From Propionibacteriaceae bacterium (GTDB taxonomy: Bacteria; Actinomycetota; Actinomycetes; Propionibacteriales; Propionibacteriaceae), in NCBI GenBank assembly GCA_030450535.1, contig JAKDIK010000001.1:1-35618 (forward strand): a stretch of DNA of 35,618 nucleotides, written 5' to 3'. The position numbers and the translations under genes are program-made. Position 1 is the stretch's first letter; the number at the start of each line of letters is the position of its first letter. Shown here one piece after another: positions 1-10,038 of the stretch. Below the pieces are notes generated by a model that saw only the letters and a program-made list of their open reading frames with translations, searched no databases and had not been told where the DNA came from.

Positions 1-1014
1 TCTCCGCCGCCGGAACCCTCACCCACTCCCGAGCCGGATCTGCGGCCGCGCTGGCCGCTCACCGGGGCGCTGGTGGAGGACCCGGGCCTCACGCGCCACG
101 CCGCCGTGGCCGTCAAGGTGCCGGACACGCGGGTCGAGCACCCCCAGATCGGGATCAACGACGCCGACATCGTGCTCGTTCAGCTCGACGGCTACCCGGA
201 CGCCCGCGGCGAGAGCAGCACGCGGCTGGTCCCTGTCTTCCACTCCCGACTCCCGAACACCGCCGGACCGGTGCGGTCGCTGCGACCCGCCGATCTGGCC
301 CTGCTCGCCCCGACGCGGGCGGTCATCGGCAGCACCGGCGCCGCCGGGTGGGTCGTCCGGTACCTCGGCCAGCATCCCGACCTCATCGACACGGGACACA
401 CCTACGTCGCCACCCGCGGCAGCGGTGCCTACTCGATCGACAACGCTCGCGTCCGCACGCTGCGCGGCAAGAAGTACTACGACCGGGCCGTCATGTGCCA
501 TCCGGGCCGCCTCGCCGAGGTCGCCGGAGTCCTCCCGGACGGCCCGCCCCAGCCGTACCTGCCCTACGCGACCGGCGATCAGGCCGCCAGCACGGCCGAC
601 GGCGGCGCCGCCACGAGCATCACCGTCCCGTGGAAGAAGGGCACTGACTACGCCATGGGCTACGCCTTCGACGAGGGCAGCGGGCTCTACCTGCGCAGCA
701 TGCCGTGGGGGCCGCACACCCTCGCCGACGGCGCCCGCGTCACGACCGACACGGTCCTGGTGATCCGCGCCGCGCAGGACTCGGCGAAGCTCGCCGACGG
801 CGAGGGCGGGCCCGAGCCCGTCCACCAGGTGGTGGACGCCTCCGGCACCTTCGTCGCTGCCCACGCCGGACGCGCCGTCACCGGAACCTGGCACAAGGCC
901 GGCGTGGAGGCGCCCTTCGCGTTCACCCTGGACTCCGGCACCCCGCTCCTGCTGGCGCCGGGCAGAACGTTCGTCGAGCTCGCCGACGCCGACGCCGCGG
1001 TCCAGTACGCCTGA
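1..1014 (+). CDS. DUF3048 (YerB-like) domain protein, 5'-truncated by window edge
   Basis: Frame 1 is open from base 1 (SPPPEPSPTPEPDLRPRWPLTG...). Family-like motifs: WPLTG, AVAVKV..PQIGINDADIV, GPVRSLR, GTWHK, LLAPGRTFVEL. Confidence 0.8.
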   Translation, partial: SPPPEPSPTPEPDLRPRWPLTGALVEDPGLTRHAAVAVKVPDTRVEHPQIGINDADIVLVQLDGYPDARGESSTRLVPVFHSRLPNTAGPVRSLRPADLALLAPTRAVIGSTGAAGWVVRYLGQHPDLIDTGHTYVATRGSGAYSIDNARVRTLRGKKYYDRAVMCHPGRLAEVAGVLPDGPPQPYLPYATGDQAASTADGGAATSITVPWKKGTDYAMGYAFDEGSGLYLRSMPWGPHTLADGARVTTDTVLVIRAAQDSAKLADGEGGPEPVHQVVDASGTFVAAHAGRAVTGTWHKAGVEAPFAFTLDSGTPLLLAPGRTFVELADADAAVQYA

Positions 1015-1111
1015 GCGCCGCGACGCGCGACCACCGCGACGCGGGCTCACCCATGACGGGAGCCCACGGCAAGTCCTCGCCCCGGCGCGGGTGGGGCGTC
1101 GCACGCGTGCG

Positions 1112-2887
1112 TCAGGGTTGTTGGCTGTACACCAGCACGCTGTAGGGAGCGATGGTGACGTCGGCGTGGAAGTTGAGGCCGTCCGCACCGTCGGGATGGG
1201 CGTCCAGATCGTAGCTCTCCACGTGCCCGAACAGGGAGCTGTACATGGGGGCGTCCGAGTTGAACCGCAACGTCCACGTACCACCGGCGGGCAGGCCGAT
1301 GCGCTGGCTCTCCAGCGCCTGCGCGCTCAGGTTGGCGACCACGACCACCGAGTCCCCGGGGCCACCCTCGGCCCAGCGGTGATGGGCCAGCAGGTTGGTC
1401 GACTCGTCGGCGTGGAACACGTCGATGTGTGCGCCGGTGAGCCCGCGGGAGTGTCCCCAGCGGTTGAGGCGCAGCGAGATCAGGTCGGCGTACAGGTTGG
1501 CGATGCCCGCGTAGTCGTCGCGGCGGCGCCAGTCCAGCGGCACGTCGTCGCGGAACCACCCGCCCTCCAGGTACTCCTGCCCCTGGAACAGCATCGGGAT
1601 GCCGGGGGCGGTGAGCATCAGCGCCGCCCCCAGGGTCGACCGCTTCTGCGCCGCCCACCCGGACTGGTCGCCCTCGTCGACGGACGCCGGCACTCGCGCT
1701 CGGCCGTTGGCGACCTCGTCGTGGCTCTCGGTGTAGATGACGCGGGCGAAGGCATCCCCGTAGGTGTGGGTGAGGGCGTCCGACACCTCCGCGAGGGAGC
1801 GCCACTCGTCCCGGGTCTCCTCCAGGGCCTCGCGCACCGGGTGCACGAACTGGCTGTCCCACTGGGCGTGGAACCAGGCGCCGCCGTCGTCCGAGGACGT
1901 GACGGCCGGGTCGCCGTGCAGGTCCTCGGCGATGATGATGCGTCCAGGGAATTCTTCGCGGACGGTCTCGGCGAGCCAGCGCATGAGGCTCCACCCCTCG
2001 GGAAGGTTGAGTTCGGTGGCGTCGACGCTGCGCATGTAGGGCGTCATGTCGAGGCGCAGGCCGTCCATGTGATAATCGCGCAGCCACATGAGCGCGTTGT
2101 CGCGGATGTAGCGGCGCACCTCCTCGCGACCGTAGTCGGGACGGGTGTCGCCCCAGGGGGTGTGGCTGCGCCAGTCGTTGTAGAAGTAGATGCCGCCGAG
2201 GTCGTTCTCGCTCCAGCCGTCGAAGTGCCACAGATCGAGGTCGGACGGCCCGAAGTGGTTGTAGACCACATCCTGGATGACGGAGATGCCCCGCTCGTGG
2301 CACGCCTTCACGAGGCTCTTGAGGGCGTCCGGGCCGCCGTAGGAGCTCTCGACGGCGAAGGGGTCGGACGGGTTGTAGCCCCACGACATGTCCCCGGCGA
2401 ATTCGGCCACGGGCATGATCTGGATGCAGTTGATGCCCAGATCGGTGAGGTGGTCGAGGCGATCGATGACGTCGAACAGCGTGCCGTCGGCGTCCGGACC
2501 GTTGTTGAACGTGCCCACGTGCAACTCGTAGATCACCAACTCGTGGTGCGGCGGGCAGTGGGCGTTGTTGCCCTCCCAGTCGAAGTCGGCGTGGTCGTAC
2601 AGGACCGAGTTGCCCACCGAGTTGGTGACCTGGTGGGAGTACGGGTCGCGGCGGGCGAACGAGTTCTCGCCGTGCGTGATCCAGAACTTGTACTCCTGCC
2701 CCACGCGGGCCGAACCGACGTGCCCGTACCAGTAGCCGTTGCCCTCGTCGGTCAACGGGTCTGCGCCGGTGTCCCAGTCGTTGAATTCGCCGAAGATGCT
2801 CACGGCGTCCGCGTGGGGTGCCCACACGCGGAACGCGAAGCCCTGTTCGGCCCTGATGGCGCCCATGCCTGCCAGCTCGTTGGACAC
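1112..2887 (-). CDS. GH13 alpha-amylase family enzyme with N-terminal CBM48 (GlgB/TreZ-like)
   Basis: FRVWAPHA...GEFNDW (CBM48), YELHVGTF, WGYNP, DVVYNH; catalytic motifs GLRLD, IIAED, ESHDE. GTG start with GAGG RBS. Confidence 0.88.
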   Translation of the reverse strand: MSNELAGMGAIRAEQGFAFRVWAPHADAVSIFGEFNDWDTGADPLTDEGNGYWYGHVGSARVGQEYKFWITHGENSFARRDPYSHQVTNSVGNSVLYDHADFDWEGNNAHCPPHHELVIYELHVGTFNNGPDADGTLFDVIDRLDHLTDLGINCIQIMPVAEFAGDMSWGYNPSDPFAVESSYGGPDALKSLVKACHERGISVIQDVVYNHFGPSDLDLWHFDGWSENDLGGIYFYNDWRSHTPWGDTRPDYGREEVRRYIRDNALMWLRDYHMDGLRLDMTPYMRSVDATELNLPEGWSLMRWLAETVREEFPGRIIIAEDLHGDPAVTSSDDGGAWFHAQWDSQFVHPVREALEETRDEWRSLAEVSDALTHTYGDAFARVIYTESHDEVANGRARVPASVDEGDQSGWAAQKRSTLGAALMLTAPGIPMLFQGQEYLEGGWFRDDVPLDWRRRDDYAGIANLYADLISLRLNRWGHSRGLTGAHIDVFHADESTNLLAHHRWAEGGPGDSVVVVANLSAQALESQRIGLPAGGTWTLRFNSDAPMYSSLFGHVESYDLDAHPDGADGLNFHADVTIAPYSVLVYSQQP

Positions 2888-2996
2888 AATGGTTCCTCTC
2901 GACGTCGCACGATGCTCACGCGACGGTGCGGGAGTGCGCTCACCCTAGTGGACGCGGTGCCGAACAGGAGTGTGATCCCTCGCGTCACCAAGTGAC

Positions 2997-4289
2997 TCAG
3001 CCGCCCAGCCAGGCCAGGGGACCCATGACCAGGGCGGGGAAGATCGCCAGCAGCAGTACGAGCAGCACCTGGGGTATGTAGTAGGGCAGCACGGTGATGA
3101 TGAGGTCGCCCATCTTCACCTTGCCCGCCGCACAGGCCACATTGAGCACAGGCCCGACCGGCGGCGACGTGAGCCCGAGCACGTTGGCCAGGGTGAACAC
3201 GATGCCGAAGTACACCAGATCGATCCCCGCCTCGTTCAGCAGCGGCACGACGATGGGCGTGAGGATGAGGATGGTGGGGACGACGTCCAGCGCCAGGCCG
3301 ATCACGACGACCACGATCATGAGCACCACCATGAGCAGCGTGGGGTTCGCGGTGAGCCCGCTGAGCAGCCACGTGATGAGCGCGGGCAGGCCGGAGATGG
3401 TCATGATGTAGGCCGCCACTTGCGCCGTCGCGGCGAGGAACATGACGACCGCCGACATCTTGGCCGACTCCAGCAGGCCGGTGTACAGGTCGGAAAGCCG
3501 GAGCTCTCGGTACACGAACAGGCCGACGATCATCGCGTACACCACGGCCACCACGCCGGCCTCGGTGGCGGTGAAGACGCCACCGCGCAATCCGACGAGG
3601 ATGATGACGGGCAACAACAGCGCCCAGAGGCCGTCCAGCGTGATCTTGAAGCCCTCCTTGAAGGTGGGCTTGGGGATATCGGCCTTCACGGCGTCCTTGC
3701 GGGAGACGATGAACCATGCCACGCACATGACGATGGTCAGGTAGAGCGCGGGGAAGATGCCGCCCATGAACAGCGAGCGGATCGAGACGCCCGCGGCGAC
3801 GCCGTAGACGATCAGCGGAATGGACGGCGGCATGATGGGGGCGACGAGGTTGGCGCTCGCCACGAGGCCGGCGGCCTTGGGGCGGCTGTAGCCGTTGGCG
3901 GCCATCATCGGGATGAGGATGGCGCCGAGCGCCGCGGTGGACGCGACGGCCGAGCCCACGAGGCTGGCGAACATGAGGCAGGCGAGGATCGCGACGTAGC
4001 CGAGGCCGCCGCGCACGCGTCCGACGAACAGGTTCGCGAAGTTGATGAGCCGGTGGGTGAGGCCACCGCGGTTCATCAGCTCGCCGGCGATGATGAAGAA
4101 CGGCAGGGCCATCATCGACACCGAGTCGGTGCCGCGCAGGAGCTGGGCGGCCATGATCTGCGGGTCGGCGGCCATGCCGCCCATGTGGAGCGCGGTGGCC
4201 ACCGAGCACAGCAGCAGGGCGAACGAGATCGGGACGCCGATCGCGATCGCGATGATGAGGTAGGCCAAAAAAAGCGTCAGCAGCAGCAT
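2997..4289 (-). CDS. dctM: TRAP transporter large permease
   Basis: Hydrophobic 430 aa; ALPFFIIAGELMNRGG, IMPPSIP, GVFTATEAG, SPPVG motifs. Confidence 0.93.
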   Translation of the reverse strand: MLLLTLFLAYLIIAIAIGVPISFALLLCSVATALHMGGMAADPQIMAAQLLRGTDSVSMMALPFFIIAGELMNRGGLTHRLINFANLFVGRVRGGLGYVAILACLMFASLVGSAVASTAALGAILIPMMAANGYSRPKAAGLVASANLVAPIMPPSIPLIVYGVAAGVSIRSLFMGGIFPALYLTIVMCVAWFIVSRKDAVKADIPKPTFKEGFKITLDGLWALLLPVIILVGLRGGVFTATEAGVVAVVYAMIVGLFVYRELRLSDLYTGLLESAKMSAVVMFLAATAQVAAYIMTISGLPALITWLLSGLTANPTLLMVVLMIVVVVIGLALDVVPTILILTPIVVPLLNEAGIDLVYFGIVFTLANVLGLTSPPVGPVLNVACAAGKVKMGDLIITVLPYYIPQVLLVLLLAIFPALVMGPLAWLGG

Positions 4290-4299
4290 GATGAGCCCC

Positions 4300-4842
4300 T
4301 CAGTTGAGGCCGCGGCCGGCGGTCTCGGCGGGGTTCGCGGCGTCCACGTCGCGAATTCTGAGCAGTTCGTCCACCGGCGTGCGCTGAACGAACAGGCGGT
4401 AGAGGTTGGCCAGCGCGATGAGGATGATCGCGATACCCGTCACCAGGCCGACGCCGCTCACGAGCGCGCGAGGGAACTGCGTGGCCACCCACCGGTCGTT
4501 GATGTTCTGCAGCGCGAGGTGCCAGCTGCCCAGGGCGAGCCACCCCATCATCCAGATCACGATGCCCTGAATGACGACGTAGAGCACCTTCGCCACGGTG
4601 GGTTTGACGCTCTCGATGACCATCTCGACGCCGAGGTGCCGGTTGTCGCGGAACGCCCCGATGGTGCCGAGATAGACCAGGTAGATGAAGCAGAGCCGGG
4701 CGACCTCCTCCGACCACGCGAAGCCGGAGTTGAACACGAAGCGCATGATCACGTTGAGCAGAGTCAGCGCGATCATCGTGGCGAGGAAGACGCCGATGAG
4801 GATCTCGACGCCGCGAAACAGCTTGTCCAGGAAGGAATGCAC
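4300..4842 (-). CDS. dctQ: TRAP transporter small permease
   Basis: NVIMRFVFN..WSEEVAR, HLGV; about 4 TM segments; lies between dctP and dctM. Confidence 0.9.
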   Translation of the reverse strand: MHSFLDKLFRGVEILIGVFLATMIALTLLNVIMRFVFNSGFAWSEEVARLCFIYLVYLGTIGAFRDNRHLGVEMVIESVKPTVAKVLYVVIQGIVIWMMGWLALGSWHLALQNINDRWVATQFPRALVSGVGLVTGIAIILIALANLYRLFVQRTPVDELLRIRDVDAANPAETAGRGLN

Positions 4843-4845
4843 GGC

Positions 4846-5898
4846 TCAGCCCTCCGCCTGGATGCGCTCGACGAGCTCGGGCGCCCACGCGTTCTCGGCG
4901 TAGAGCTGATCGAGCAGCGGTTGGAGCCGGTCGATCATCTCCTGCCGCGCCTGCGGAGTGAGCTCGGTGATGGTGAGGCCCTCGTCGCCCAGAAAGGTCC
5001 GGTCGGCGTCGATGGATTCCAGGTAGGCGTCCCACGCCCAGCGGGCCGACTCCTCGGCGGCCTCGCGGACGATGGCCTCCTGGTCGTCCGACAGCCGGTC
5101 GAGGAAGGCGGTGTTGGCGATGATCTCGAGGGTGGCGACGATGTGGTTGGTCTCGTAGATGTGGCTCTGCACCTCGTACAGCCCCTCGGAGCGGACGGTG
5201 ACCATGCCGTTGTCCTGGCCGTCGACGACGCCGGTCTCGAGCGCGGAGAACAGCTCGCCGAGCGGGATCACCTGGGCGCTCGCCCCGAGGTTGTTCGCGA
5301 TGCCGAGGTGGATCGGATTCGCTGGCATGCGGAACTTCTGACCGGCGAAGTCGGCCACCGACGTGAGCGGCTTGCTGCTCGTGAACGTGCGGGCGCTGTT
5401 GGGCGCCCAGCCGAGGATCTCCGTGGTGGGGAACTGCTCGTGGAAGCGGGCGCTGATGTCGGTGGCGATGCGGCCCGTCCACACGTCCTTGGCATGTTTC
5501 ACGTCGGTGTAGAGGAACGGCCAGTCGGAGATGAGCATGACCGGAAACTCCTGGTTCATCACCGTGCCAATGACCGCCATGTCGATGGTGCCATTGCGGA
5601 CGCCGTCCCACAGCTCGGCCTCGTTCCCCAGCGTGCCGGAGTGGTAGACCTCCGCGGTGAGGGTGCGGCCGGAGTTCCTCTCGACGCGCGGCTTGAAGAT
5701 CTCGTCGATGGCGGCAGCGCTGGGGTGGGTGGGGTTCCAGTTGTCGGCGACGCGGAACGTGAGCGTCGGCCCGGTGGCGGCCGCCCCACCCTCTCCGGGG
5801 ATCGTGGCCGGTCCCAGGTTGCAGCCGGCCAGGGCCAGCCCGAGGGCGCTCCCGCCGGCGGCGGTGAGGGCGGTTCGTCGTGAGATGCGGTGAGTCAT
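4846..5898 (-). CDS. dctP: TRAP transporter substrate-binding protein (Tat-type lipoprotein)
   Basis: SRRTAL twin-arginine plus LALAGC lipobox; GQKFRMP with conserved carboxylate-binding Arg; ALETGVVDGQDN. Confidence 0.92.
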   Translation of the reverse strand: MTHRISRRTALTAAGGSALGLALAGCNLGPATIPGEGGAAATGPTLTFRVADNWNPTHPSAAAIDEIFKPRVERNSGRTLTAEVYHSGTLGNEAELWDGVRNGTIDMAVIGTVMNQEFPVMLISDWPFLYTDVKHAKDVWTGRIATDISARFHEQFPTTEILGWAPNSARTFTSSKPLTSVADFAGQKFRMPANPIHLGIANNLGASAQVIPLGELFSALETGVVDGQDNGMVTVRSEGLYEVQSHIYETNHIVATLEIIANTAFLDRLSDDQEAIVREAAEESARWAWDAYLESIDADRTFLGDEGLTITELTPQARQEMIDRLQPLLDQLYAENAWAPELVERIQAEG

Positions 5899-6164
5899 GG
5901 GGGTCCTTCCCGGGTGGCCACTGCGGCGTGGCCTGGCATGGCGGGTGGTTCAGTCGATGAAACACGTGCTCGTGCGGCGACAGTCTGCCCCCGCGGGGTC
6001 TGACATGCCAGGGAGGTGACCGAATCGCAACATCCGAGGCAGGGGTGGGGATGCTCGGGGAGATCGTGGGAGCGGCGGGGATCGTGGGGGACCGGACGCG
6101 GACGGCGTCCCTGTGGCACGCTGGCCGTACCCGACCGCCTTTGTGCAACGACGAGGAGCAGCAC

Positions 6165-7181
6165 GTGAAGGTCCTGAGGATTCATGGTGTGGAGGACATC
6201 CGCATCGGCGAGGAGCCGCTGCCCGAGCCGGGCGAGGGGCAGGTGCGCGTCCGCATGGCCTACGGCGGCATCTGCGGCTCCGACCTGCACTACTACTTCC
6301 ACGGCGCCTCCGGAGTGTTCGTGCTTCGTGAACCCCTGACGCCGGGCCACGAGATGGCGGGCACGGTGGACGCCGATCCGTCCGGGGAATTCGCGCCCGG
6401 GACGCCCGTCACCATCGCCCCGGCCACCTACGGTGAGCCCCAACCGGGGCTGGAGGATCGACCCCACCTGTGGCCGGGGGGCGCCTACTTCGGCAGCGCG
6501 TCGACCACCCCGCACACCCAGGGCGGGATGGCGGAGTACAAGGTGGTGCCCTCGTCGATGCTGCGGGTGCTGCCGGACGGCCTCGATCTCACCACGGCCG
6601 CGCTCGCCGAGCCCTTGTCGGTGGCGCTGCACGCGGTGACGATCGCGGGCAGCCTGGAGGGAAAGTCCGTGCTCGTCATCGGCTGCGGCCCGATTGGGCT
6701 GTGCGTGGTCGCGGCGGCGCTGGCCCGGGGCGCGGCATCGGTGGGGGCGTCCGACATGCTCGCTGGTCCCTTGGAGCGCGCGGCAGGGCTGGGGGCGTCC
6801 GAGACCTACCCGGCGGCCGACGGCGGCGTGCCGCAGACGCACTACGACGTGGTGTTCGAGTGCTCGGGTGTGGCCCCGGCGATCAGCACGGCGATCGCGG
6901 CGGCGCGGCGGGCGGGGACGGTCGTGCAGGTGGGGAACCTGCCGAACGAGCCGATCGGAGTGAACCTGGGCCCCATGGTGAGCAAGGAGCTCGTGTATCG
7001 GGCGACCTTCCGGTTCAACGATGAAATGGACGACGCGGTCGCTCTGCTCGCGGCCAACCCGGGGATGGCGGCGATCATCACGCACGTCATCAGCGCGGAC
7101 GACGCCGAGCGGGCGTTCGCGGTGGCGCGCGATTCGCAGGCGTCCGGGAAGGTGCTTGTCGCGCTGTGGCCGGACGCATGA
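6165..7181 (+). CDS. Zn-dependent dehydrogenase, L-idonate 5-dehydrogenase-like
   Basis: [35 protein letters not shown] at 6165 follows GAGGAG RBS. Confidence 0.85.
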   Translation: MKVLRIHGVEDIRIGEEPLPEPGEGQVRVRMAYGGICGSDLHYYFHGASGVFVLREPLTPGHEMAGTVDADPSGEFAPGTPVTIAPATYGEPQPGLEDRPHLWPGGAYFGSASTTPHTQGGMAEYKVVPSSMLRVLPDGLDLTTAALAEPLSVALHAVTIAGSLEGKSVLVIGCGPIGLCVVAAALARGAASVGASDMLAGPLERAAGLGASETYPAADGGVPQTHYDVVFECSGVAPAISTAIAAARRAGTVVQVGNLPNEPIGVNLGPMVSKELVYRATFRFNDEMDDAVALLAANPGMAAIITHVISADDAERAFAVARDSQASGKVLVALWPDA

Positions 7182-8428
7182 TGGTCGAGGGTGCGGGCTT
7201 CGATGGCGCGGGGACCGTGGACCGCATCGAGCGCGCCGAGGTCATCGTCTGCTCGCCGGGGCGGAATTTCGTCACCCTGAAGATCACCACGTCCGATGGG
7301 ATCATCGGGTGGGGGGACGCCACGCTGAATGGCCGGGAGCTCGCGGTGGCGGCGTACCTCAGCGAGCATGTCGTGCCGTGCCTGCTGGGGCGGGACGCGA
7401 CGCGCATCGGCGATCTGTGGCAATACCTGTATCGCGGGGCCTACTGGCGGCGCGGCCCGGTGACGATGACGGCGATCGCGGCGGTCGACGTGGCGCTGTG
7501 GGACATCCTGGGCAAGCGGGCCGGGCTGCCGGTGTATGAGCTGCTGGGCGGCAAGGCGCGCGAGAACGTGCTCGTGTACGGGCACGCCGCCGGTGCGGAT
7601 GTTGCGGAAATGCTGGACGACGTGGGGCGGTTCCTCGACGCTGGATTCGAGGCCGTCCGGGCGCAGACGGGGCTCGCCGGCGTCCCGCAGGCGTACGGAG
7701 CCCACGCCGCCGGGAGCACGTACGATCCCGCGGACGGCTCGCTGCCCACCGAGACCGGCTGGGACACGCCGACGTACCTCGACCAGGCGCCGCAGTACCT
7801 TGCCGCGGTCCGGGATCGGTTCGGGTTCGACTTCGCGCTGCTGCACGACTGTCACCACCGCATGACGCCGAACGAGGCCGGCCGTTTCGGGCGCAGCGTG
7901 GAGGAACTGAAGCTCTTCTGGATGGAGGATCCGACGCCGGCGGAGAACCAGGAGGGATTCCGGCTCATCCGACAGCGGACGTCCACGCCCATCGCGGTGG
8001 GTGAGGTGCTGAATTCTATCTGGGACGTGCAGACCCTCATCACCGAGCAGCTCATCGACTACGTGCGCACGTCGGTGTCGCACGCCGGGGGCATCACGCA
8101 CCTGCGGCGGATCTTCGATCTGGCGGCGCTGTATCACGTCCGCTCCGGTTCGCACGGGGCGACCGACCTGTCGCCGGTGAGCCTGGCGGCCGCGCTGGCG
8201 CTGGACATCACGATCCCGAATTTCGGCATCCAGGAGTACATGGCCCATCTGCCGGTGACGCACGAGGTGTTCCGGCCCGGCTATCGGCTCGAGAGCGGCC
8301 GCGTGTGGCTCTCGGACGCCCCGGGCCTCGGCGTCGAGGTGGACGAGGCAGCGGCGAAGAAGTTCCCGTACGAGCGCAAGTACCTCCCGGTGGCCCGCCT
8401 GGCCGACGGGACGCTGTGGGACTGGTGA
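7178..8428 (+). CDS. manD: D-mannonate dehydratase, enolase superfamily (ManD/RspA)
   Basis: [50 protein letters not shown]-terminal DGTLWDW; ATGA overlap with upstream stop. Confidence 0.92.
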   Translation: MMVEGAGFDGAGTVDRIERAEVIVCSPGRNFVTLKITTSDGIIGWGDATLNGRELAVAAYLSEHVVPCLLGRDATRIGDLWQYLYRGAYWRRGPVTMTAIAAVDVALWDILGKRAGLPVYELLGGKARENVLVYGHAAGADVAEMLDDVGRFLDAGFEAVRAQTGLAGVPQAYGAHAAGSTYDPADGSLPTETGWDTPTYLDQAPQYLAAVRDRFGFDFALLHDCHHRMTPNEAGRFGRSVEELKLFWMEDPTPAENQEGFRLIRQRTSTPIAVGEVLNSIWDVQTLITEQLIDYVRTSVSHAGGITHLRRIFDLAALYHVRSGSHGATDLSPVSLAAALALDITIPNFGIQEYMAHLPVTHEVFRPGYRLESGRVWLSDAPGLGVEVDEAAAKKFPYERKYLPVARLADGTLWDW

Positions 8429-8484
8429 TCCGACGGCTCGCGTCGCACGGCTCGCGTCCGGCGGCTCGTGTCTGACGGCTCGCG
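8429..8484. repeat. 4 x 14-bp degenerate tandem repeat
   Basis: TCCGACGGCTCGCG / TCGCACGGCTCGCG / TCCGGCGGCTCGTG / TCTGACGGCTCGCG, starting immediately after the manD stop. Confidence 0.9.
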
Positions 8485-8493
8485 TCGCTCGCT

Positions 8494-8559
8494 GACACTC
8501 AACTTTGTGACACCAGAGCAGGGTCCGGACCCACCTCTGGTGTCACAAAGTTGAGTGTC
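8494..8559. repeat. 66-bp palindromic element, copy 1 (perfect 25-bp inverted repeat)
   Basis: GACACTCAACTTTGTGACACCAGAG (8494-8518) and its exact reverse complement (8535-8559); 16-nt centre contains palindrome GGGTCCGGACCC. Confidence 0.95.
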
Positions 8560-9775
8560 GAGGCGGTGGGGGAGGCGGGGCGCTCAGGCGCAGGTGGAAG
8601 CCCCGGAGCGTGTAGCCCTCGATGAGGTCGTCCCACCCCAGATCGGGTGGGCGGACGACCTCCGGCCGCAGGGCGAGCAGGCGGGTGAGGAAGGCGTCCG
8701 ATTCGAGGATCGCCAACGGCTGACCCGGGCACCGGTGGGCGCCGTCGCCGAACGTCAGCACCGACCCGTCCACCCCGCGCGGCAGCTCCCGACCGGGCCG
8801 CAGGTCGAACGGGCACGCGCCCACGGCGTCCGGATCGGTGTTCGTGTCCCGCACGCACACGTCGATCAGGTCGCCCGGCTCGATGCGTGCCGATTCGCCC
8901 CGATCGGTGATCTCGATCGGCTCGATCGCCCGCCGGTAGAGGTGCCCGACGACCGGCTCCAGGCGGATGATCTCGTTGAGCACCGCGTGCCGTTCCCTCT
9001 CGTCGGCGGCCAGGTAGCGCGCCCGCAGCGGGTCGTTGTCGAGCAGGTGCCAGGCGGCCATGGCGATGAACTCGCGGGTCGTCACCATGCCGGCGGTGCC
9101 GTACGTGACGCACTCGACCAGGATGTCGGCGTTGGTGTATCCCTCAGCGATGAGGTGGCTGATGACATCCTCGCCCGGCCTTTGCCGCCGCTGCGCGATG
9201 GCGGGCCTCACGTCTTTCCACCAGAACCGGACGATCGGCACCAGGCCCCGGTGGGCCGCTTGCATCCACTGCCGCTTGGTGCGGCCGAGGTCGGGGCGGG
9301 TGATGTCGAAGGGCGGCTGCCGGAAGAACGTCACCAGCCGCCGCGCCATGGCCGGCACCGGGGAGTTGGTCAGGCCGACCACCTCGGCGGTCACCTCGAC
9401 GGTGTAGTGCAGCGCGAGCTCTGCCAGATCGATGGTGTGGGACGCCCGCGCCCGGCGCAGCAGCGCGTCGGCGCACCGCTCCATCGAGGACGCGTAGCGC
9501 TCGGCGACGACCTTGGGCGCGAAGAACCGCGCCACCTTGGAGCGCTGTTCATCATGGAGCGGGCCGTCCGACATCAGAATCGGATGGTGTTTGAGGAATC
9601 CCTTCGGTATCGCCTCAGCGGTGAAACCTGCCTGGGTCGTCGCGTGCCGGGCACGCAGCACTTGACGGGCAGCCTCCACCGATCGGATGCGCCACACGTT
9701 GCCGATTCGTTCCCGGCGAGGTCCCTCCTCCTCTCCGGGTCTTCTCGCCCGGCGCAAGGTGGGTTTCGCGGTCAC
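8543..9775 (-). CDS. Cytochrome P450
   Basis: Heme motif FGDGAHRCPG, EIIR (ExxR), I-helix AGMVTT, DGPLH..R. Confidence 0.92.
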   Translation of the reverse strand: MTAKPTLRRARRPGEEEGPRRERIGNVWRIRSVEAARQVLRARHATTQAGFTAEAIPKGFLKHHPILMSDGPLHDEQRSKVARFFAPKVVAERYASSMERCADALLRRARASHTIDLAELALHYTVEVTAEVVGLTNSPVPAMARRLVTFFRQPPFDITRPDLGRTKRQWMQAAHRGLVPIVRFWWKDVRPAIAQRRQRPGEDVISHLIAEGYTNADILVECVTYGTAGMVTTREFIAMAAWHLLDNDPLRARYLAADERERHAVLNEIIRLEPVVGHLYRRAIEPIEITDRGESARIEPGDLIDVCVRDTNTDPDAVGACPFDLRPGRELPRGVDGSVLTFGDGAHRCPGQPLAILESDAFLTRLLALRPEVVRPPDLGWDDLIEGYTLRGFHLRLSAPPPPPPRHSTL

Positions 9776-9833
9776 GAAGCCATCTTGTCAGGCGCCCCCA
9801 TGTCGGCACGTGTGGGCGCCGATTCGCCCTGCA

Positions 9834-9852
9834 ATGTAGCCAATGACTACTT
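9834..9852. promoter_or_regulatory. Candidate TetR operator
   Basis: Imperfect palindrome ATGTAGCCAATGACTACTT in the P450/TetR divergent spacer. Confidence 0.45.
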
Positions 9853-10038
9853 GCTGAGATCAATCGTGCCCACCCGAATCGGGTGTGTCAACCGCTTGCG
9901 CCATGCGACTGCCCTGTTCTGGCAACACGCCTTGTGGATGAGGGGTCCGCGTGTCCTTCGCGTGTCGACGTCAGGGATTCGGCGCCGAAATTGCGGTGAG
10001 AAGCACCATGGTGGCACATCTGCGTGTAAAGCTGGAGG

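Noticed and set aside
1018..1043. CCGCGACGCG repeated with 16-bp period after the DUF3048 stop
   Set aside because: Only two 10-bp GC-rich copies, plausible by chance, though consistent with the gene-end repeat pattern.
6045..6164. N-terminal extensions in the ORF track (also at 11378, 11989, 15351, 21390, 33381, 34129)
   Set aside because: Downstream starts have an RBS, a -10 hexamer or a stop/start overlap, or coincide with family N-termini.
8429..8559. CRISPR-like array
   Set aside because: Repeats are contiguous 14-mers without unique spacers, and there are no cas genes.
8494..8559. 66-bp elements as HspR/HAIR operators (they contain ACTCAAC and GTTGAGT)
   Set aside because: The half-sites are in the reverse order and 46 bp apart rather than N7, and neither copy is in a promoter. 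The shared heptamer is probably coincidental.
9776..10038. Riboswitch, sRNA or small ORF in the P450-TetR spacer
   Set aside because: No recognisable RNA motif or well-supported ORF by eye; would need an Rfam scan.
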